From the NCBI RefSeq assembly GCF_009914755.1, contig NC_060928.1: a stretch of 64,000 bases of DNA. The stretch is one strand, 5' to 3'. How positions within the stretch are numbered: position 1 is the first letter of the stretch; each line of letters starts with the position of its first letter. Shown in pieces: positions 12,770-25,028 of this stretch. The stretch is from the human T2T-CHM13v2.0 reference genome, Homo sapiens. A model generated the notes under the pieces. The model was not told the DNA's origin, searched no databases, and saw nothing but the letters and a program-made list of their open reading frames with translations. Position numbers and translations under genes: made by a program.

Positions 12770-14010
12770 GTACAAATAGGTGCCTTCTGGTAATGTTCAG
12801 TCTTCTTCACTTTCCCCTTCTTGCTTTTATAGCATGGGTGTGCCAGGCTTTGGGGATAGAAAGATGAAAAAACTACAGGCCATGCCTGAAGGAAAGCATC
12901 ATCAACTAGGAGAGACTGATGTCTAAGCAAACAATGAAAAGAGCATGACACATGCCATAATAGCAGTAGTCACAAGGGACTGAAATAGCACAAAGTAGAC
13001 AGGCTCTGTCTAGGAGGGAAGGTAGTGAGGAAAGATTTGTAGAGGGAAAACTTTCCATGATTAAGCCTTTGAAGGATTAAGGGGAGTTCACCAGGTGAAG
13101 AAGGTGAGAAAGGGCATTCTAGGCCAAGAAAACAGTAAGTGCAAAGGCGGGTTTGGAGAAGTACAGCGTGTTTGGTATTCTTATAGTATAAAGTCCAAAG
13201 AGGAGAATTGTGCAGAATGACGCTGGAGATGCAGGGTGTGTGGGGGACATTACATGACGTACTTTATGTGCTGTGCTAAGGAGTTTAGAGTTCACACTGT
13301 TGTTACTGGTAAACTATTAAAAGATTTTAAGTAGGGAAAAAATTTGGTCAATTCACATTTTATAAAGATCTGTCTGGTGGATGTGTGGCAGATAAATAGG
13401 CAGAAACAGGGTAGGGCTGGTTAGGAAGCTGCTGCACTAACCCAAGTCATGAATGATGTTGAAGATCCTTATTAAGGGGCTGTGGGAAGGTGGGATAGAT
13501 TTAACAGAGATTTAGGAAGTAAAATCAACAGAGCTTAAATGGGTTGTGGTGATAGAAAAGTAGAAGATTAGGATAACTCCAAGGTTTCAGCATGAGTAAC
13601 TTGGTGAAAGGTGGCGCTACCAAGTGAGATAGGGAATAGAAAAGAAATAGCAGGTAGGGGAGTAGGATGTGGGGTTGGGGATAGATAGTGAGTAAAGTTT
13701 TGGACTGATGTCCACAATTTACATTAAGTGCATATAGGATGAGCTTAGAAGTAGATGCAGAGTAGTATTTTGGAAGTGAGGAATATGAGATACTTTTGAA
13801 ACACCCAGAAAAGATATCTCCTAGGTAGTAGATTTATGTGATCAGAGTTCAGGATTAAAGGCCAAAGCTGTACACATAAATTTAGGACTTACTAGCTTGG
13901 AAGTCATCATTAAATCTATGGAAAAGTTTGCCCAAGAGTAAGAAAAGGAAGGATAAAGGGTGGAACTGGGGGAAGCTTCAATATTTATGAGGTGGTTAGA
14001 GAAAGAGGCT
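12770..14010. mobile_element. L2 fragment(s), approximate
   Basis: gaagggcattctaggccaagaaaacagtaagtgcaaaggc...gctaaggagtttagagttc...ggataactccaaggtttcagc; further L2 pieces at ~1000-2290, 27700-29100, 41200-41900 and 49650-50420. Confidence 0.6.
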
Positions 14011-14230
14011 GAAAGAAATTTTCAAAGACAGAAGAAGTAGATAAGTATGATGCCAATGCTTTCATCCATCTATCCACCCCCACACACACTACCTGGCCAC
14101 CCATTTAGTCAGCAGAAATTCATTTATTGAGAATTTATGACATGACAGGGAAAAGGGACTGTGATAGGCACTGCAGGGATCATAGAGATGAAAAAGATGT
14201 GATTTTTACTCTTAAAGAATTTCTAATCTA

Positions 14231-14482
<252 letters not shown>

Positions 14483-15880
14483 TCATTTCAATTTTTAGCC
14501 CTTATCACCGTACTCCCGTTGTGAGTCTAGAGGATTTTGATATCTACATCATATTTTGAGAGAAGCCCACTCAAAATTTGTTTTTGACATGAAAAGCCAG
14601 GAAATTTTGTATGATATGAAAGTAGGGACACTTTATCACTTTTGTTGTATCATTAAAAAGAAAAACAATAGTAGTATCGGTTGTTTGAAATATACATGGA
14701 AAATAGAATGAATAAAAATTGATAAGTTTAATTATTTTAGGTACAGTTTTTGCTGAAGTCAGGTTGGCTGGACTTTATAGTCATCTAAGGACACTTTTTA
14801 GTGCTTAAGCAGCTCACTTATGCTTTTTCAGAAATATATGTACTTAGCCATCAACTGGAAAGGCAGTCTCTAAAAATGTAGTATTGCATGGAGGAATTAT
14901 TCATAGAACTTCTTTCAGATATCTCCCATATATGCTCTGTAATGGGTTCAGTCTTCCTTGAAGGATCTTAGACTTCAGACAGAACTCCTGCTATGAAATC
15001 AGCTTCCACAGAATGATTAAGCCTCATATAAGTCACTGAAATAGTGTCGATATTTCCAAAACCAGCACGGAATTGAAATTTCATGACTTTTTTTTAAAGG
15101 ATGCAGATGTTAACACCTGTACTTGCAGAAACAGAGCATTATAGAGAAAAAAGATACTTTAAGAGGATTGTCATCCAGCGTATTCTTTTCCCTCTGTACC
15201 CACAGCAACTAACTAGTTCATTATCTAGTTAGTTCTTAAACATTTCCAATGAAGTCTTCTGAAGACTGTCATGGCAACGTTCATTGAGCTTATTTCTAAA
15301 ATCTAGTGGATGCAAAGGGACTTTCTTCTGGACTTCTTGGCCCACAAGCCTTTCAACTTGTTTGTCTTCTTTACTTTCCTGTTGTATATAATTGAAAAAT
15401 AACCTTTGTGCACATTGAGTAAGGCTATTACATTCGTTTTGTGACCAAATGAAATGAAATGTTTGTACTCATAATGCACTAATTAATCTTTCTCTAGTTT
15501 TTAATTCCACAGTGATACACTTTGATTTCCTATTTATTAAGGAGGTATAACAGGAAGAGCTAGGGATTTTAGCCATCTTGTAAAGTCTGATATAAACCTA
15601 ATGGTATCATCAGACATACATTTAGGTGTGCAAAAATCTGTTGCTTCAAGATGCTTCCCCCATATTATTCTGCAAAGCTTTGTGTTAACAATATTATTTA
15701 GCTGTGTTTTAAAGCATTGCCACCTCACTTTCCTTTACATACTGTTTTATTTTGTGTTAAACATGTCTTAAATAAGGTGCTAAAGTATATCCTTCTTTTA
15801 TAATAATATTTTCTTAAACATCAGTTCATTCATTTTGTAAAAGGAGTCTGAAAATATTTGGGAAAAAATTCCTAACTGTG

Positions 15881-17271
15881 AAACCATGCCCTAAAAATTT
15901 TGAGGGCCCATCTAAAACTTTAATTTGGGAAGATTGTGTTAACTCACATGCAGTAATTTTAAAAAATGACTCATACGGTTTAGTAATAGACTGGGCACCA
16001 AAGGGCTACTTAAAAAATAATTGCTCCTCTGGCTGAAGGGAATGCCTGGAGGCTACTTATTTTATTTCTTATCAGGAGAATGAGAATCATCATTCTACTT
16101 TGCATAGGAGGATCAGCTCATTCTTTCCCTTAAAATGGGAAGATAAAGGCATTACCCCCACCAGGCCTCGTATGATACTCCCCATTCTGAGCCCAGAACA
16201 CCCAGAACTTTGGAAATTGGCTATTGCCATGTCTGAACTGCGAGTATGGGAAGGGAAAACTATTCTGACTGTTGTTCCCACTACCATCCCACTCTCTCAG
16301 TATCAACGTAGACCCAGACATTCTGCTTTACTTACCTCCAACCTGACTGTTCCCATCCAGAGTTGTGTTAAGCCTCCTTACATGCTGTTAGTAGGAAATA
16401 TCAAAATTTGGACAAATAACCAAATTGTCCAATGCATTAATTGTCATCTATACACTTGTATTAACTCCCATTTTGACTCCAGGAAAAGTGTAATGTTGGT
16501 TCGAGCTCGAGAAGGAATCTGGATTCCGGTAACTTTACCTAGACCTTGGAAATCCTCCCCCTCAATGCATTTAATTAATGAAGTGCTACAGCGAATTCTA
16601 AAGAGATCTAAGAGATTTGTTTTCACTTTAATCGCTGTTATCATGGGCCTAATTACAGTCACTGCAATGGCCACCACTGCCGGAATGGCATTACACTAAT
16701 CCATTCAAACGGCTCATTTTGTTAATGATTGGCAAGCCAATTTCACCCAAATGTGGAATTCTCAACAAGGCTTCGATCAGAAATTGGCAAATCTAATTAA
16801 TGATTTAAGACAGTCTGTTATGTGGCTTGGAGATGGGGTAGTGAGTCTCGAGTACCACATGCAAATGCAGTGCTATTGGAATACTTCGGATTTCTGTATC
16901 ACCTATTCCTATAACGAGACTGACCATTCATGGGAAATGGTCAAAGGACACCTTCTAGGTAGGGAAGATAATTTATCATTGGACATAACTAAATTAAAGA
17001 AACAAATTTTTGAAGCCTCTCAAGCTCACTTATCCTTTGTGCCTGGAGCTGAGGCATTAGATCAGGTGGCAGAAAATCTTTATGGATTAAACCCCATGAC
17101 TTGGATTAAGTCTATTGGGGGCTCCACTGTAGTAAATTTTGGAATTATGTTTCTCTGTTTAATCAGCTTGTTTTTAGTGTGCCGGAACAGTCAAATAATC
17201 CTGTGTCAAAATCGAGAGAATGAACAAGCCTTCATCGCCATGGCACATTTATATAAAAAGAAGGGGAGAGA
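15881..17271 (+). pseudogene. env: HERV-K11 (HML-8) env remnant, 5'-truncated
   Basis: Single frame: KPCPK...IWEDCVNSHAVILKNDSYGLVIDWAPKG (HML-type SU motifs), furin site KRSKR, fusion peptide FVFTLIAVIMGLITVTA, ISD-like [26 protein letters not shown], hydrophobic TM segment; stops at 16034-16036 and 16697-16699; polypurine tract 17255-17271. Confidence 0.9.
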
Positions 17272-18338
17272 TGTTGTGGGAAGTCAGGGACCCCAAACAG
17301 AGGGACCGGCTGAAGCCATGGCAGAAGAACGTGGATTGTGAAGATTTCATGGACATTTATTAGTTCCCCAAATTAATACTTTTGTAATTTCTTATGCCTG
17401 TCTTTATTGCAATCTCTAAACATAAATTGTGAAGATTTCATGGACACTTATCACTTCCCCAATCAATACCCTTGTGATTTCCTATGCCTGTCTTTACTTT
17501 AATCTCTTAATCCTGTCAGCTGAGGAGGATGTATGTTGCCTAAGGACCCTGTAATAATTGCATTAACTGCACAAATTATACAGCATGTGTGTTTGAGCAA
17601 TATGAAATCTGGGCACCTTGAAAAAAGAACAGGATAACAGCAATTGTTTAGGGAATAAGAGAGATAACCTTAAACTCTGACCACTGGTGAGCCATGCAGA
17701 ACAGAGCCATATTTCTCTTCTTTCAAAAGCAAATGGGAGAAATATCGCTGAATTCTTTTTCTCAGCAAGGAACATCCCTGGGAAAGAGAATGCGCGCCTG
17801 GGGGGTCTCTGAACTGGCCCCCCTGGGCGTGTGCATCTCTTATGGTCGAGACTGCAGGGGTGAAATAGACCCCAGTCTCCCATAGCACTCCCAGGCTTAT
17901 TAGGAAGAGGAAATTCCCACCTAATAAATTTTGGTCAGACTGGTTGATTGCAAAACCCTGTCTCCTGATAAGATGTTATCAATGACAATGGTGCCAGAAA
18001 CTTCATTAGCAATTTTAATTTCGCCTCGGTCCTGTGGTCCTGTGACCTCGCCCTGCCTCCACTTGCCTTGTGATATTCTATTACTTTGTGAAGTACTTGA
18101 TGTCTGTGACCCACACCCTATTCGTATCCTCCTTCCCCTTTTGAAACTCCCTAATAAAAACTTGCTGGTTTTACAGTTTGTGGGGCATCACGGAACCTAC
18201 CGACATGTGATGTCTCCCCTGGAAGCCCAGCTTTAAAATTTCTCTCTTTTGTACTCTGTCCCTTTATTTCTCAAGCTGGCCGATGCTTAAGGAAAATAGA
18301 AAAGAACCTATGTGAATATCGGGGCAGATTCCCCGATA
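17272..18338 (+). mobile_element. MER11 LTR (3' LTR of HERV-K11/HML-8), ~1067 bp
   Basis: Starts TGTTGTGGGAAGTCAGGGACCCC directly after the PPT; has the internal duplicated TGTGAAGATTTCATGGACA block; AATAAA 18153-18158; ends TTCCCCGATA. Confidence 0.9.
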
Positions 18339-19059
18339 ATAGGGCTGTTTTATAATCTTAAAAAATAAAATTTAATTTAAGAAAAAGAACGTTAATTAAA
18401 AATATGGGTCTCTAGGTTCTGTTTATCATATAGTAAAAAATACTCTTGAATAAAGCTCTGTAGTATATCCGGGGATGATGATCAAATATTTATTAACCAG
18501 TAAGGCAGGGGCACTGCCCAGTGAGAATGGCATTGACCTCAGTTCAGGAGCAGAGTCCTGGGAATCTCCTGGTATGGGTATTAGCCTGTAGGTGTCAGGC
18601 TATGAGTGGGGCAGGGTGCTAGGGGTGGGGTCAAGGCTGCAGCAGAGCACTGGAAGGCTTAGGGCAACAGTCATATACCAACCTGCATGGAAGTAGTTCA
18701 ATACTTTAACCACCAGTACTGACGAACCAGGACATTCCAGCTGAACATTAGCTCCATATATATATTAAAGATTCTATGTTACATCTTATTAGGGGTTGGT
18801 GGCAATGGAGATCTCAGTGGTGAAAAATCACTTCTGGTCCTTCCAAGCCAGCTGAGGCACAGTGAATGTACTCAGAGGGTGTCTCTGCAGTCTGGTGGAT
18901 CTTGTCCATTGGGCAGAAGATGGCCTGAAATGCATGGGGTTATCTGCATGAAGAACCAGGTCTTTGTCTTACTCATTATTGTATCCCCAGTACTTGAAGC
19001 TACTTGAGGCTCAATGACAAATGAATGATTGGAGATAAATGGCTGGTTGTTTTAACATG

Positions 19060-19580
19060 TAGTTTTTATTATTCCGATGTGTTGAGGCCAGAAGATCAGG
19101 AGACTGTTGCCATTGAAAAGTTTGTTACAGCTTCGAAGAGGAAGGGGCACCTCATAGCATAAAGGGCCACAAAGGGGAGCACGAGGGTCAGTCAGGAGGC
19201 AGAGGTGATGGGGGGAACATGGGCAAGAGACTTTATTCTAACGTCAGTAGAAAGGAATGGGTGAAGTAGGGTAAGCAGGCTTAGGATTGGCTAGTTGGGA
19301 TAATTACAGCGGTCTGTGAGGTATAGAGACTGTCTCTAGTTGTCTAGTACCTGGCCCCAAGGCAGAAGAATAGTAGCCTGGAGTGTAAGCGTATGATAAG
19401 GGAGGTGGTGGGAGTGTGAGTTCTGGACTAGTTAGTTTGCATATGAAAGGCATGCTCCCAAGGAAATCATTTACTATCTCCAGGAATGTAGCCCCGGGAG
19501 GGCCAGTCTCTCCAAAATCTGCTTGGTTTCAGATGTCAAAGAATCAAAAATATAGAAAATAAAAAGGCATGATTAAGACA
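19060..19580. mobile_element. Old LTR (ERVL/MER21-MER77-like), approximate bounds
   Basis: Resembles remembered LTR consensus (ttattccgatgtgttgaggcc...ttgcatatgaaaggcatgct); family uncertain. Confidence 0.4.
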
Positions 19581-20491
19581 ATGGCTACTCTTGAGAAGTC
19601 ATGCAACTATCCCCTTTATCATTAAAGGTCTGATGAAAGCTAGCAGAGATGTTTTCTTTCTCTTTGCCTTTAGTCTCTTTTCACCTGTGGGTTGTTCTAA
19701 CATAGCACTTAATGCTAATGCTTATAGCCAAGATTTATTAAGCCCTTACTACGTGTCCAGCACTATCCTAAGAATTCACATGCATCAGCCCAATTAGTGT
19801 CCACAACACCCCATGCAGTATGTTCTGTTTGGATTTTTGTTTTATAGATGAGGAAGCAGGAGCCTTGAGAAATGAGTTAGTCAAAGTCACATAGAGCTAT
19901 GCTGTGATGCTGTTATTCTCTGTGCTATACTCTGTCTTTCATTCATTCTATTTCAGTAGCTTGCTTGGGTGTCTGTTGTAGCAACTAGTTTGAGCAGCTC
20001 AACATGTTGGGCAATTCTCATCTGTGTATGCCCAGTCTCCATCATAGAGTAGGCACTTTATAAACCTATGTGAAATCAATAAGTGAAGCTCTCACCAGCT
20101 TTTCCCTTTGATTTGAGCAACCCAATAAGCAGCAGAGTATCTAGTGATAGAGAGCTGTCCCAAGGGAGGGAGAACTGTTTTCTGGCTTCCTGTTTTTTAT
20201 TTGACATTCTCTGAGAATGGGAACTTGGGAAGCAAGAAATGTATGATTCTGTAAATGTTTATTTCTGTTTTGAGGCACATGTGCTTTACTTAATCTGAGT
20301 TCCACAAATGCTTGCTTTGCAGGAGACTGCCTTTAGAGGGAAGTGTGTGAGATGTGCAGCCTGTCATTGGGAAAACCAAGTGAATGTACAGAACATACTC
20401 TGACCCAGGAATGTTAATGGGAGAGATAGAGTTACTGTCTGTGTCACGTGGGGCTTTCCTGATTGTCTCCTTTGCTTTATCTTTCCCCCAG

Positions 20492-20632
20492 CTTGCCACC
20501 AGTCCTGTTTCAGATGTGCAGGGAAAAGCCCACATAACTGCACAGACTGTGGGCCTTCCCATGTGCTGTTGGATGGGCAGTGCCTCTCCCAGTGCCCAGA
20601 TGGCTACTTTCACCAGGAAGGTAGTTGCACAG
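20492..20632 (+). CDS. FRAS1: FRAS1 coding exon (~exon 19), FU repeat
   Basis: ctttcccccag| ... G|gtgagt; 141 nt; CHQSCFRCAGKSPHNCTDCGPSHVLLDGQCLSQCPDGYFHQEGSCT. Confidence 0.96.
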
Positions 20633-21015
20633 GTGAGTATGTAATGTGCTGAGGCACATTGCCTATGACCATGTTTTGTCTTCAGAGCATAGCCAGACAC
20701 TGTAATTAGAAACCTTGTCATACCGGGGACTAAGATTCAGCTGTAAATCCTTGTCTTGAACTTGCAGATTCAAAGTATAGAGGGAGGGGAACAAGTGAAA
20801 TTTAGCTCTTCCAGTAAGGAAGCATGGAAATAAAACATTAGAATCAGCTTTACCCTAGAAACTATAATATTTGAATAAACTCTGAACTTGGTTTTCTCTT
20901 GCCTGGAAGACAATGATCTGAATAAATAAATCCTGTCGTGGACTAAATAATGACCTTTATTTCCTAAAAGAACTAGAACTTAGTTCAGCATAAGTCTTTG
21001 TTGCTATGGCTTAAA

Positions 21016-21309
21016 GAGAGAGAGAGAGACAGAGAGAGAGAGATAGGGTTCTGCTGTTGCCAAGCTGGAGTGCAGTGGTGTGATCACAGCTCACTGCAAC
21101 CTCACCTCGGCCTCCTGGGCTCAAGCAGTCCTCCCACCTCAGCCTCATGAGTAGCTGAAACCATACATATGTGCCACCATGCTTGGCTAATTTTTTATTG
21201 TGGAAAAAGTGTTGCCCAGGCTAGACATGAACTCCTGGGCTCAAGTGATCCTCCCACCTTGGCCTCCCAAAGTGCTGAGATTACAGATGTGAGCTACTGT
21301 ACCCAGCCT
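21016..21309 (-). mobile_element. AluJ with (GA)n-derived tail
   Basis: Diverged reverse Alu; (GA)n at 21016-21043. Confidence 0.9.
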
Positions 21310-21489
21310 GTGGCTTTTTAAAAAAGTTTAAAAGTTTATGTTTCTGATTATTAAAAAGATATGTGCTCATTGTAGAAGGATTGAAAGTTCAGAATAGGAA
21401 AAATAAATGGGGGTTTGGGGATAAAGATAACTGATTATGCCACATCTTAGAAGCAACAAATATTACCCTGGTGATAGATTCCTTTTTGA

Positions 21490-22285
<796 letters not shown>

Positions 22286-22364
22286 TAAGAAATGAAATTT
22301 GGCAACTGGGACACTTGAGGACACTAGGGCGATCTTTTACTTTCTCCCTCTTAATGAGGTACTG

Positions 22365-22800
22365 CTCTGGTTGTCAATTATTGCCTAATAAACCACCCTA
22401 AATTTGTGGCTTAAGACAACAATTGTTATATTTCCCAGTTCTGAGGATTGCTGGGCAGCTCTTTCTTCAGATCCTGCAGGTGGGCTCTTCATTGACGTCT
22501 GTCACCTGGGTTGGTCAACAATCTCTTACTCTATGAGGCCTCTTCTCGTGGCTAATTGTACTTCCTCATGGCATGGCAATCTCAGCTAGTCAGTCTTCTA
22601 ATGTGTCAGCTGTCTTCTCCTGGAATGAGTATTTCAAGAGACCTAAGCAGAAACTGCAAGCTGCCTATCACCTAACCTAAGAAGTCTCACTGTCACTTCT
22701 GCTATATTCTGTTGGTCAAAGCAAGATAACCCATATTTGAGCGGGTGAAGGAACAGAATACACCTCTCAGTGGAGGAATGGCTTATGCACACAGTTAGGG
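22365..22800 (-). mobile_element. MLT1-type MaLR LTR fragment
   Basis: ttgcctaataaaccacc-taaatttgtggcttaagacaac ... tgtcacttctgctatattctgttggtcaaagcaag, typical MLT1 motifs. Confidence 0.6.
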
Positions 22801-24884
22801 ATGGATTTGATTATCTTCATCATGGAGACAAGCTACCTTGGGTGTTAATGCACTTGTATGGAATCAAGAATTTGGCACAGGTAACTGTGCACTTCCCAGC
22901 CCCACTTTCCCCGGGCTACAGCAGAATAGAGCAAAAGGAGATGGAGGTATTTATTTCCTTCTTTAACATGTCAGTCCAGTATGTTTTTTAAGATCACCTT
23001 TATGTTTTAGTGACAGAGATTTTGAAAATCACTAGTTGGGATTAGTACAGAATTTTGTTGGAATTGACACAGTACTAAAATTTAAGGACTTTATTGTAGC
23101 ACCGTGTGTGGTGGTTTTTTTTTTTTTTTTGGTATATACAGGAAAAAAAACATTCTATCATGATTTCTCTTTTATTTCTAAAAAATAGACAGTTGGGGCC
23201 TGCTGATAGGAAAAAGCCAACTGATATGAAATTATATTACATGAATTTCTGGAGTCAGTAAATGTAATAAACTTATGACATGTTTTTAAAATAAATTAAT
23301 ATCTGTTACATTCATCTAGCCTTAAACTTCAAAGAAGTGATTTAGAATGAACACAAATTTAGATGATTGAAGATCAATATTATATTTGATCTGGAATTCT
23401 TTGCCTTTTTCTAACTGTCTTTTTAATCTCTGCAGTCCCCTGGTGAGTTGCTTTACTTTAAATACTCTGTCAAGCTCAGTGGGGGAATGTTCCTGGTTTC
23501 TTTGTCATTAGGATTGCCCTTGAGAGCTGTTTCTATCCTTAGGTGCTTTCATCCTAGCCCAGCTGGTTTTTGTATGTATAAAATTGTTTAGGGGAGGAAA
23601 GTCTGGGTAGATCTAGCTCTTCTCTGTCCATGCCTCTTTCCGCTGGGAGCCAGCAGATGGATGGTACCATAAGCAGCAGGGCACCCAGGTCACTGGAAAT
23701 ATTCTGATAGGGAGGAAGAACTGGGTGTTGGAAATCATCCAGAGAATGCTATGTCTTTTGGATAGGTGCTTTCAACATTGAGAGCCTCAGGAATGTAGGA
23801 GGGGTGAGAGTGCTATCCTTCTAATCAGCAGTTTATTTTCTTGCTTGCTTGCTTTTTTTTTTTCTTAAATAACTCCTTATCTTCTCTTGGCCTCTTGCCA
23901 GAATCCAGAGGCTTTACTTGAAATCTGTGCCTTTGCTTCCCACCAGCCACGTGCCAGGAGGGAATTCATCAGTTCCTGCAAAATCTACCCAGCTCCAGCC
24001 CTTCACATCCCCTCCTCTTGGACTCAGACCTGCTTAGACCTCCTTGTCCTTGGCAGAGAAGTTCTTAAATCTGCTTCCATGTGCTTGCTCCTGCTGCTCC
24101 CTTGGCAGCGTCAATGCAGCTGCAGCTGCAGCCGCCTCTGATTCTTTGCCACCCTTATCCTTATTGCTTACACCTTACCGTGACTCTCTTGGTTTGTTTC
24201 AGTGTTGTATCTCTTGTTAATTTGGTGGTTTTTTTGGAGAAGACATAGCTTTGGCATAACTTTGTCTCTAAGGAATTGAACTTCAGAGGCAGCTCACGAT
24301 AACCTCCAGAAAGAGGACTTTTTCTGTTCTTTGTATTTTAATTAAGTATTGCTGATAAAATAAGCATCCCAGTGGTAGTGGCTTGAAGGGAGTGTCTGGA
24401 TGGTGCCTGACTCTAGAGAGAAGTTGCAGTATAGTTTGCTGTGTATGGATTCCCCCCTCATCTGCTAGAAATTTCTGAGAAGCAAAATGTCCCCTTCTTC
24501 TCCCTGTCCCACTCATTCTTTGAGTCATGGTATGTTAGGGTCAGGGAGTCCTACCACTCGTGTTTCTGCTCTGTGACTATGATTTGAACTTCCTTACTTA
24601 CACAGATGGAGATGATCATGCTGGTCTCTCTGGAATGTGTGGCCGATTTCTCACATATTTATAGTTCTAGATTCCATATTGTGTTCATGGACAGTACTGC
24701 CCTTGACATCAGAAATGCAGTCTCTAGGTCAGGTCCAAGGGTGTGCCCGGCTTGCTCAGGAATCTTCTAAAGATGATTAGAGTTGGAGGTCTGCTTTTAA
24801 TGTAATTTGTGGAATGCATTAAATACTTCACGCATATACATGCTGAGCTGCTAATTCCAATCCTGGTTTTCGTCCCCCTGCCAG

Positions 24885-25028
24885 AGTGTCACCCAACCTG
24901 CAGGCAGTGTCATGGGCCGTTGGAGTCTGACTGCATCTCCTGTTACCCTCACATCTCTCTTACCAATGGTAACTGCAGGACCAGCTGCAGGGAAGAGCAG
25001 TTCCTCAACCTCGTGGGATACTGTGCTG
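24885..25028 (+). CDS. FRAS1: FRAS1 coding exon (~exon 20), FU repeat
   Basis: tccccctgccag| ... G|gtgagt; 144 nt; CHPTCRQCHGPLESDCISCYPHISLTNGNCRTSCREEQFLNLVGYCA. Confidence 0.96.

Noticed and set aside
17337-17500. Duplicated TGTGAAGATTTCATGGACA block
   Set aside because: Normal internal repeat of the MER11 U3 region.
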